A stretch of DNA of 64,000 nucleotides from an uncultured virus (IMG/VR IMGVR_UViG_3300033417_000007) (Duplodnaviria > Heunggongvirae > Uroviricota > Caudoviricetes): IMG/VR virus record IMGVR_UViG_3300033417_000007. One strand, 5' to 3'. Positions within the stretch are counted from its first letter, which is position 1. The number at the start of each line of letters is the position of its first letter. The notes under the pieces are model-generated. The model searched no databases. It saw only the letters and a list, made by a program, of their open reading frames with translations, and was not told where the DNA came from. A program made the translations under genes and the position numbers. Positions 56,364-64,000 of this stretch are shown here, one piece after another.

Positions 56364-57097
56364 GTTCGCCTCCATCCAGCGACCGCATCGCGATTGAGCG
56401 GCGCATCCTCTCCGGCGCGCTGCTCGTTGTCCCAGGTCGAATCCTGCTTCTTCCACGCGAACGTGCGAACGAGCCCGGGCACGCAGGCGACATGACGCCC
56501 GAGCATCTTAACAGACGACGGCGCCCAGGTGGCGACCCACCAGTCTACGTTGGAACCGATCCCGCGCGGCTGTCCGGCCACGCGCTTAGGGGCCCCAAGC
56601 TCCCGCGTCGGGATCGGCATGACGGCTGTCCAGTAGTCCCGGTGTGCGTGCATGTGGGTCGCCCGGCAACTGTCTTTGAAGGAAACGGCGATCCCGTTCA
56701 TGTTCGTCCTGCGGATGGTCTTGTGCTCGGCCGCTTCGTGGCCGGTGAGAAGCGGCCTATCCTTCAGGTGCTGCACGTCCCGCAGGATCTCGAGGATGTC
56801 CGGGTCGACCTCTACGTCGTCCTGGAAGTAGGAAATCCATTCCAGAGATCGATCCGCCAGTAGGAAAGAAAGGCCGATGTTGAGCGCGCACGCGAGGCCC
56901 CTCTTCCCCTGGATCGGGATGTACGAGAACCCGGCCTCGATGGCATACGCCTGATGCTCGACCTGATGTTGCGTGCCCGATGAATCATCGACCACCAGCA
57001 CGAGTCGGCCGCCGCGGACCTTTCGGATCGACTCGAAGGCGCTTCGGGCGTGCTTTGGCCGGTCGCACACGGTGACGAGAACCGCCGTGTCCTGCAT
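56360..57097 (-). CDS. GT2-like glycosyltransferase
   Basis: VVDDSS, GLACALNIG, YFQDD. Confidence 0.82.
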   Translation of the reverse strand: MQDTAVLVTVCDRPKHARSAFESIRKVRGGRLVLVVDDSSGTQHQVEHQAYAIEAGFSYIPIQGKRGLACALNIGLSFLLADRSLEWISYFQDDVEVDPDILEILRDVQHLKDRPLLTGHEAAEHKTIRRTNMNGIAVSFKDSCRATHMHAHRDYWTAVMPIPTRELGAPKRVAGQPRGIGSNVDWWVATWAPSSVKMLGRHVACVPGLVRTFAWKKQDSTWDNEQRAGEDAPLNRDAVAGWRRT

Positions 57098-57312
57098 GTC
57101 CCCCTCCTTTTACCACGAGATCATCCACGGATCTGGTCTGCTCCGCAAGGGAAGCCTCACGGAGCCCGCGGCGCCACACCTGGATCAACACCTCGGCCGC
57201 AAGCGGAATGTGCTCGAGGGAGTATCCATGGTACTTCACGTCGCCGGCCTCCTCGATCCGGACGACCGCGACGGCCGGCTGCTTGCACCCGCAGACGCAA
57301 AGTACCTCCACG

Positions 57313-58215
57313 CTACCTCCGCTCGACAGATCCGTTGGAGATGTACTCCTTGCCGGCGTCGTCTTTGACGCTCACGCAGTCGACCCAGGTGGCCCCCAGC
57401 GGGGACCGGTTCTGCAGAAGGACGTCGAACCGATGGGAGAGCCTGGGAACCTTCACCGCAAGACGCACGAGGTTCCAGACCGGCCGATCCGGAGGAATGT
57501 TCGCGTCGGTCTGCCCGGCAAGCGACCCGTCCTCCCTGAAGAACCTGATCCGGAAGGTCCCGTCGCGATCAGTTCCGAGGGAGTAGGCGTAGCAGGACAT
57601 GACGAGAGTCTCCCCTTCATCCGGAGGTGCGACCCTCTCCGTGATGGCCGAGGAGTATTCGGACTTGTCCTCAAGGCCCGTGGGAATGAGCCGGATGGAG
57701 TTGCCCCCCTCCATCGCGAAAGTCGTGTCGACACGCATGATGTCGTTCGGATGGAATCCCATCCACCAGTCAGGCTTCCAGACCGCAAGCTTAGCGGACT
57801 CCGCCCCAGGCCGAAGGCCCGCGACCACCATCATGGTAGGCCTGAGCTTCTGGCGACCTTCGTCCGGTAGTGCGTCCCACGCCAGGCCGTACCAGTGATA
57901 CGCGCGGCCCTTGATCGCAGTCCTGTAGTATGGATGCGCACGCATAGACGCCTTCAGCCACGCATGTCCAACCTTGATCGGATCGACCCCCTCCTTCGAC
58001 TCGAGCTCCGCCGCGCTCTTGAGATCGCGGTCGAGGCCGGAAGCGAGAAGCGGAACGGCCCCCTCCCAGTTCCCCTTCCTCGCCTCCCAACGCCCCATGA
58101 TGGACAGGGACTTCCCGTCGTCGGGCTTTCTCTCGAGTTTCGCCTGGGCGACCTTGACGTCCGGAGGAACGTCCTGACCCGACATCAGCCCCGCCACGAG
58201 CAGCATCCAAACCAT
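57313..58215 (-). CDS. Secreted protein: helical repeat domain plus carbohydrate-binding-like beta domain
   Basis: Short signal-like N-terminus; KPDD..GRW..KGNWEGAVPLLASG..RAYHWY; TWVDCVSV..ISNGSVE. Confidence 0.7.
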   Translation of the reverse strand: MVWMLLVAGLMSGQDVPPDVKVAQAKLERKPDDGKSLSIMGRWEARKGNWEGAVPLLASGLDRDLKSAAELESKEGVDPIKVGHAWLKASMRAHPYYRTAIKGRAYHWYGLAWDALPDEGRQKLRPTMMVVAGLRPGAESAKLAVWKPDWWMGFHPNDIMRVDTTFAMEGGNSIRLIPTGLEDKSEYSSAITERVAPPDEGETLVMSCYAYSLGTDRDGTFRIRFFREDGSLAGQTDANIPPDRPVWNLVRLAVKVPRLSHRFDVLLQNRSPLGATWVDCVSVKDDAGKEYISNGSVERR

Positions 58216-58218
58216 ACG

Positions 58219-59115
58219 TCACCTCCTCGATACGGACTCGACCAACCTCTTCCACCTGGAAGCACACCTTCTGGACGACATCCTTTTGACGATCGACGCC
58301 CTGGCATTATAGCCTACCTTCTGTGCCACGTCACGATTTTCCAAAAGAAATTCGAGGCGTCCCACGGCCTCAGCCTCCGTATCCGCGATGAAGCAGTTCT
58401 TTCTGCTCACCATGAAATCGGAGAGGTTCCCAGGCCTCATCGTGACGACGGGCATTCCGATCGACATCGCCTCGAGGGCTGCGCAGCAGACGACGCCGCA
58501 CGGATTGAAGTAGGCTCTTTGGAATTTGAGAGTGTCCACAAGCGCCTCCGGGCTTGGCGCGTGCGGGATGACCTGGATCCCGCTCTCCGTAAGCGCGTCG
58601 TTGCCGGTCCCAATACAGGAAATCTTTACATCCCGAGCTACCCGCCGAAGAACATCAGGCCCCTTCTCCGTTCGGTTCGGGATGAGATGCCCGGTCGTAA
58701 TGACAGAGTTCGATGATCCGATGTAGCCGGAGAACAGGTTCGTGTCGATCCCCGGCTCGATGACACAGGCGTTCGGATCCCCTCCCATACTGAAGCGGGA
58801 AGCGGACTCCCTGCAGAGAGTCGTCCACGCTGAGATCCGGTCGTAGACGACCCGCGGAGGCCTTGGCCACTTCCCGAAATCGACGAAGGACTTCCAGATG
58901 ATCGGGGTCTCCCGTGCCTTAAACAGGTCGAATCCAACCCTCGAGCAGACGATCGCGCAGTCGTACTCTCCATCCGGACCAGAAACCACCCTTGCGTTTT
59001 GCGGTTTCGGGCGGCACTTGGCGTCCCAGGATGGACACAGGACGTCGAAGTCGAACCCGGACTTCATGATTTCGGAGTCGCAGCTGGTGTGGGATATTTC
59101 GAGGAAGACCCTCAC
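58219..59115 (-). CDS. GT4-like glycosyltransferase
   Basis: IEPGIDTNLF, KG, ALEAMSIGMPVV, GYNAR. Confidence 0.85.
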   Translation of the reverse strand: MRVFLEISHTSCDSEIMKSGFDFDVLCPSWDAKCRPKPQNARVVSGPDGEYDCAIVCSRVGFDLFKARETPIIWKSFVDFGKWPRPPRVVYDRISAWTTLCRESASRFSMGGDPNACVIEPGIDTNLFSGYIGSSNSVITTGHLIPNRTEKGPDVLRRVARDVKISCIGTGNDALTESGIQVIPHAPSPEALVDTLKFQRAYFNPCGVVCCAALEAMSIGMPVVTMRPGNLSDFMVSRKNCFIADTEAEAVGRLEFLLENRDVAQKVGYNARASIVKRMSSRRCASRWKRLVESVSRR

Positions 59116-59834
59116 AGATACCTCTGAGATGGAGGCGCGCCGCCCGCCCTCCATTCGACAAGAAGCTGCGGCCAGAAGCCGACGCCATCCCTCGGAAGAT
59201 TCGCGATGGCATAGTGTTCGAAAATGTGCTGCCCTTTCTGCGGGAAGGCCCAATGAAGATGGTGATGCGCGAGCGCCTTATCCCGCACGCGTTTCGCGCC
59301 GGCGAAGGTGGGGATAGGATGGCGCTCCGGATTCCCATCGTAGAGCGGGTGTTTCTGCCATGCCGTGTTCTGAGGCACCTCCATGTGGATGTTCGCGTGC
59401 CAGACTTTTCGTCCCCAGTCTTCCTCGCTGTAGTAGGGGAGTCCGTCGGAACCCCAGTGGACGGTCATGGTCTCGACGTAGGTGTTCGGGGTCGCAAGTT
59501 TGGCCTGCTCCAGAATCTCCCTAGATACGAACTCGTCGGAGTCGAGATCCACGACGACGTCTACGCCCATCGCCATCGCGATCCGGAAGGCGCGCGTCTT
59601 TGCCTGGCGGCACATGAACGTCTTCCAGTCGCCGCTCTTATAGGAGTCGTCATAGACCCAAACGACATTGTGCGGAAGGTTCCGCCAGGAGCGTCGCTTC
59701 GCCGCCGGCGAGACGTCGAGCACGACATGGAACGTCGAAAGTTTTGAATGGTGTTCGAGCGCCCCGAAAAGGAACTCGAAGTCCACGTCGACCCCGCAGG
59801 CGGTCGCGAAGGCGACGGTAGGCGACGTCTTCAA
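59112..59834 (-). CDS. GT-A glycosyltransferase-like protein
   Basis: VVDLDSDEF DxD motif; located in the glycosylation cluster. Confidence 0.7.
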   Translation of the reverse strand: MKTSPTVAFATACGVDVDFEFLFGALEHHSKLSTFHVVLDVSPAAKRRSWRNLPHNVVWVYDDSYKSGDWKTFMCRQAKTRAFRIAMAMGVDVVVDLDSDEFVSREILEQAKLATPNTYVETMTVHWGSDGLPYYSEEDWGRKVWHANIHMEVPQNTAWQKHPLYDGNPERHPIPTFAGAKRVRDKALAHHHLHWAFPQKGQHIFEHYAIANLPRDGVGFWPQLLVEWRAGGAPPSQRYL

Positions 59835-61609
59835 GTGAGTTTCCCCACCATCTCGCCCGCCGTCCGATCCCAAGTGAACCAGCTCCGGATAAACGAAGAT
59901 CTCCCATGCCATTTCGCCGGCTTACCCCTAAGCACGCTCACGAGAGCTTCCATCGATATAGCCCCGTACTTCGCGAACCGCATACCAGCGTACCACTCGC
60001 AGACCGAATCCCCCTCAGGATACCGGGCGGACCCTTCCACGGGAAACATAAACGCCCCCGTCTCCGCGCATTCGGAGTGGGACGTGTGATTCGGCACTAT
60101 AGCCGGGAGCCCGCAGGCGACCGCCTCGAAGAGCGGGAGATTGAACCCTTCCCCAAGAGACGTCGACACGTATGCATCGGCGCCGCAGTAGAGCGACGAC
60201 ATCTGATGCTCCGAGAGCCTTCCTGAAATGTGGTAGATCCTCGCCTTCTTCGTCGCCGGGTCGTCGAGGTCCGGATAAAGAAGCGGCTCGCCGTCATGCA
60301 CGCCCGTGTAGATGACGAGACAACGATCCCCTCCGGAAGGGAATGCCGCGAGGAACGAGGACACGAGGAACCCCAGACCCTTCCGGAAGGTCGGCTGGCA
60401 GACGGTGAGGTACTTGTATCCGCGTGGGATCTCGGTCGTACCGATCCGTCGCGTCGTGAGCAGCCTTGCCTTCGGGAGGGTTCCCCTGCGAGGCCTGTAG
60501 ATCGCAGGGTCGACCCCGAGCGGGATGACGCTGATCGGGATCGTGACCCCGGAAGCCTTGAACGTATCCCGATTCCACCGGGTCGGCGTCCACAGTTGCG
60601 AGTAGTTCCTGTTGATGAGGGAGACCATCCCGCGGTGGACCCGGTCCGCCGTCTCCATCATCGTGAAGATGATCCGCTCCCCCTTCGAAACCTCCTTCTG
60701 CGGAACGTAGAACCGAAGGAGCGGCGCTTTCGCGGACACTTCCGTTCCGAAGTACGGGTCGAGCCTGCGGCGCGTGTAGTCGTCGACCAGGACCGGCTCC
60801 GGATTCGGCGCGCGCCTCGCCGAAACCCTGACGGAGTTCGCGACCCGAAAGAGCGTCTCGCGGTTCGCTTTCGCGTAGCCCGACAGGTCGTAGAAGTGCC
60901 CGGACCAGGCGACCTCAGGACCGTCTGGAACGTGACTCTGCGTCGACGGCCCCGAAGGGGTTCCCCACGACGGGTCAGGAGGCGCCTGGCCGATGGCCTT
61001 CAGCGCCCTAGCAGGCGCCTTTTTCCGGTCGAGCCGACTGGCCTCATGGACGATCACAGGGTGCGCCCCTTGGGAAGTCGGGCGCATCAGGCGCTCGATC
61101 CAGCAGTATTCGCGCGGCAGTCTCCGCAGGCGCGACGGATCCACCCTCGAGAGGACCGATGCGAGGTTGACCTGATCGAATCTGGACGGATGCCTGCGGT
61201 TTTCCTTCACCCACTCGGAGAGCACCCTTCTAGCGAGAGGAGATCTCCTCAGATAGAGCGTTCCGTTGAAGACCTTCCCTTGCCCCTCCCAAGCCGTCCC
61301 GGCACCGGAGACTTTTCCAGGGACATGCCGATACACCGCGATGTCGAAAAGGTCGCCGGCAGCGTCGAAGGCCGTCGGCTTTCGAACGAACACAGCATCC
61401 GCATCCACCCAGACGACCGCGGTGCACCTGGGCTCCACCTTGAGATTTGCAAGGAACCTGGCCTTGTGGTGGGTATTCTTCTCCCAGGAACCAAGGTCCC
61501 TCACCTTGACCGCGAGCACGTCGACCCCGACCTTCTTGCCGGACTGAACAAGCCTCCTGGCGAGCTCCGCGTAACGGCCCGGCGTGTAGCAGGTGCAGTA
61601 GAGGATCAT
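59831..61609 (-). CDS. Fused glycosyltransferase (GT-A nucleotide-diphospho-sugar transferase plus GT4-like)
   Basis: WVDADA, NGTLY, DQVNL; SGYAKANR, PLGVD, RKG, GEGFNLPLFEAVACGLP. Confidence 0.9.
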   Translation of the reverse strand: MILYCTCYTPGRYAELARRLVQSGKKVGVDVLAVKVRDLGSWEKNTHHKARFLANLKVEPRCTAVVWVDADAVFVRKPTAFDAAGDLFDIAVYRHVPGKVSGAGTAWEGQGKVFNGTLYLRRSPLARRVLSEWVKENRRHPSRFDQVNLASVLSRVDPSRLRRLPREYCWIERLMRPTSQGAHPVIVHEASRLDRKKAPARALKAIGQAPPDPSWGTPSGPSTQSHVPDGPEVAWSGHFYDLSGYAKANRETLFRVANSVRVSARRAPNPEPVLVDDYTRRRLDPYFGTEVSAKAPLLRFYVPQKEVSKGERIIFTMMETADRVHRGMVSLINRNYSQLWTPTRWNRDTFKASGVTIPISVIPLGVDPAIYRPRRGTLPKARLLTTRRIGTTEIPRGYKYLTVCQPTFRKGLGFLVSSFLAAFPSGGDRCLVIYTGVHDGEPLLYPDLDDPATKKARIYHISGRLSEHQMSSLYCGADAYVSTSLGEGFNLPLFEAVACGLPAIVPNHTSHSECAETGAFMFPVEGSARYPEGDSVCEWYAGMRFAKYGAISMEALVSVLRGKPAKWHGRSSFIRSWFTWDRTAGEMVGKLT

Positions 61610-62421
61610 GCCGACCACCCCTGACAAGGGACGTAGAACGGGCAGTAGATCGCCTTGCAGAGGAAGTGGGTCGGGTTCGTGGGGTACTCGTTGCGCTGGA
61701 TCTTCCCCCACACGTCGGCCGCAAGCTCAGCCCATTTGTCGACGTCGTCCCTGGTCAGCTTGAACTCGACGACCTCGACTCTAGGGCGCTCCCCGCGGAC
61801 GAGGAATACCTTGCGGACAGGAACGCTGCCCCCGTGGTCCACGCCGTTCTCGATCAATAAGCGCGCGTAGTGGGGGAACTGGATCGTCGACTTCTTTGCG
61901 GCGCTCGAGATCTTCTTCGTCGTCTTCCAGTCCCAGATCACGCCGGACGCGTCGATGACGTCGGCCTTCCCCCAGACCAGGAACTCCCCGTAGTCGCTCG
62001 GGTAAAGGAGCTTCACGTCGGTTTCGATGTCGCGCGGATCAATGAGAGGGATCACCTCCCGTGCGGCCAGCGGGACCAGTGCTCTACACTCCTCCCTCTG
62101 CACGTCAAGACCATCTCCCTCGTCATGAGACCACCCAAGGAAGTCCCTCTTGTGTTCCTCCCTCGCGACCGAAGACTTCCACCGGTTCAGGAAAACGTCA
62201 TCGAGCTCTTTTTCGGAGGGGACGCTTGCCCCGAGCTTTTTTGCTACCAGGGCGTACTCGAGGGCGCCGTGGACGGCGATCCCCGACGTCATGACGAGTG
62301 GGGACTGCTGCGGGACCTTCTCCACGTACCGCAGGCGAAACTGCTCGGGGCACTTGAGGTAGCCCTCCACCTTGGACGGGGAGAGGTTCTTGATCGGCGA
62401 CTGCAGAAGCCCGAACTCCAT
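61606..62421 (-). CDS. PD-(D/E)XK exonuclease, RecB/Cas4-like
   Basis: LSPS..KCP, G.AVH, GKADVID, DWKT, QxxxY, C-terminal C..C..C cluster. Confidence 0.9.
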   Translation of the reverse strand: MEFGLLQSPIKNLSPSKVEGYLKCPEQFRLRYVEKVPQQSPLVMTSGIAVHGALEYALVAKKLGASVPSEKELDDVFLNRWKSSVAREEHKRDFLGWSHDEGDGLDVQREECRALVPLAAREVIPLIDPRDIETDVKLLYPSDYGEFLVWGKADVIDASGVIWDWKTTKKISSAAKKSTIQFPHYARLLIENGVDHGGSVPVRKVFLVRGERPRVEVVEFKLTRDDVDKWAELAADVWGKIQRNEYPTNPTHFLCKAIYCPFYVPCQGWSA

Positions 62422-62583
62422 CCGGATCCCCTTTCTTTTGGTCCCGCGCGGCGCGCGCGCCTTCACATTTCGATTCGTGCTTGAGGCTGCAGTTTCGGAA
62501 GCGGTAGTCCTGGCAGACGCACGCCTTGCAATAAGGGCAAAGCGCGATGCACGGCCAGCCGCACTCGGAGCAGGAGGCGCCCA

Positions 62584-63633
62584 CTAGAACATCCGCTCCT
62601 CTACTTCGCCGCCGCTCGCGGCGGCTTCCTCGGCGACGACCTCCTTCTTGGCGGCCGGCGCGGGAGCCGGCGCCTTGAAGCCGACCGGCCAGCGCGTCTC
62701 CTGCGTCGGCAGGTGGACGACGGTGAGGGTCTTGGTGCCGTCCACCGTCACGTCCTTGAGTGCGCACTCGCCGGAGCCCACCAGGCGCAACTGCGGTCCG
62801 AGCTTGAGGATGAGGTCTTCGGTCAGGTCCCGGACGCGGTCCTTCCCGGTCAAGCGCCGAAGGACGTTTCGCTGCTTGGCTTCCGTGTCGAGCTGCGGAA
62901 CCGCCGCCTTGAAAACGACCCAGAACTGCTGCTGCATCGTGAGTTGCCGCTTCTTGGCGGGATCGACGACGCCATCTTGCGCGCCCTTTTGGTCCTGGGC
63001 GGGCGCCTTGGTCTCGGGAGCAGGCTTCTTGGGGCCCTCCGGCTTCTCCTGCTTGCTCGGCGCTGGAGCGTCCTTCATGACGCCGCCGGTCGCCGGGGCT
63101 CCCTTGGGCCTGGAGCTCCCCTTCGCGCCGCCCTTGCGGATGATGAGCTTGATGAACTCGAGAAGGAAGTCCTGCGGGAGGAGCGCCTGCTTCGCGTTAC
63201 GGACGGCCTGCGACACAGCCTTCTCGAAGAACGAGGGGTCGGCGCGGACCTCTCCGCTCCTGAGCTTCTCCTTGACCCACTTGCGCTTGGATCCGATCTC
63301 GGACCCCAGTACCACGCGGGCGCCCGTCTGCTTGTCGATCTTCACCCGGCGCGCGAGCACCTGCACCAGGATGTAGTCCGGATCCACCGGGTCGTACCGG
63401 ACGTCCGCGACCCCGACGACCTCGATCACCTCCCCCTGCTCTTCGAGCTTGCGACAGGCGAGCTTGACCGCCCGGTACGTCAGCGCGTAGCCGCCATGGA
63501 TGGGGAAGATGAACTTGTCCTCCTCGTAGACGAAGCCGCTGAGTTCGTCGAGGAGCTGCTTCTCGTCTCCGAGCGTGAGGTCGACGTCGTGCGCGGGGGC
63601 GGCCGGGAGCGCCTGGTTCTCGGTCATGCTCAT
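62584..63633 (-). CDS. Putative recombination/ssDNA-annealing protein
   Basis: KAVSQAVRNA helix motif, Pro/Lys-rich linker, acidic tail ending MF; near the exonuclease gene. Confidence 0.55.
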   Translation of the reverse strand: MSMTENQALPAAPAHDVDLTLGDEKQLLDELSGFVYEEDKFIFPIHGGYALTYRAVKLACRKLEEQGEVIEVVGVADVRYDPVDPDYILVQVLARRVKIDKQTGARVVLGSEIGSKRKWVKEKLRSGEVRADPSFFEKAVSQAVRNAKQALLPQDFLLEFIKLIIRKGGAKGSSRPKGAPATGGVMKDAPAPSKQEKPEGPKKPAPETKAPAQDQKGAQDGVVDPAKKRQLTMQQQFWVVFKAAVPQLDTEAKQRNVLRRLTGKDRVRDLTEDLILKLGPQLRLVGSGECALKDVTVDGTKTLTVVHLPTQETRWPVGFKAPAPAPAAKKEVVAEEAAASGGEVEERMF

Positions 63634-64000
63634 TCTCCTTTATCTGATTCCTTCTTCACCGGGCACGTCTTGTACCCGTGTTCCCATTGACAGTTTCGAG
63701 TCTTGCAATAGTGCCCGATGTGGTCGCGGGATCGACGCCGACCGCAGTAACGGCAGTAGAGGGGGCACGGACACTTCATCGGGTTCGCCCCCAGCACATG
63801 GCGAGATGAAGCTCCACGTTTTCCGCGCAGACCCCACCACGCCAAGCCCGTCGCACAATCCACCCGCACCCGCAACAGCGATAGATGTAGCAATCGTCGC
63901 TACCGGCTTCGTTTTTCGCGAAGCAGTTAATGCAGGAGACTGTGATCATCGGGAACGCGCACCTTTCATATCGCGCAAGAACTTCGCCAGCACCTTGTGG

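Noticed and set aside
61606..62421. CRISPR-Cas locus based on the Cas4-like nuclease
   Set aside because: No cas1, cas2 or array. The context next to a putative annealing protein fits phage recombination.
1..64000. tRNA, rRNA, reverse transcriptase/DGR or retron
   Set aside because: No cloverleaf, rRNA-like tract or YxDD RT motif recognised by eye. tRNAscan-SE and an HMM search would be needed to exclude them formally.

Overview
GC-rich bacterial virus (or provirus) sequence organised in two arms. A leftward arm holds replication, recombination and accessory genes (1-10659 and 37962-64000), and a rightward arm holds morphogenesis genes (10992-37979). I found no HK97 capsid, portal, terminase, tail or tape-measure gene. 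Instead the virion arm encodes three adjacent jelly-roll-like capsid proteins, many C-terminally membrane-anchored proteins, an Arg-rich protamine-like protein, Calx-beta and fibre-like spikes, and a transglutaminase-like Cys-His-Asp enzyme. This suggests an unusually large tailless, internal-membrane virus, and protein signatures point to a Planctomycetota-like host. The best candidate for an undescribed system is proteolytic virion maturation: a recurring G-[L/M]-[G/A/S] motif in about nine virion-arm proteins, and a separate [R/K]-N-P motif that punctuates two basic core proteins exactly at module boundaries. Other notable items: five AATCYT-N8-ARGATT sites delimiting a cassette-like gene array, a likely origin between primase and helicase, structured RNA around the capsid gene, two terminators gating the late operon, a large glycosylation island, and three genes broken by single in-frame stops. 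All family assignments come from motifs read by eye; no database search was run.
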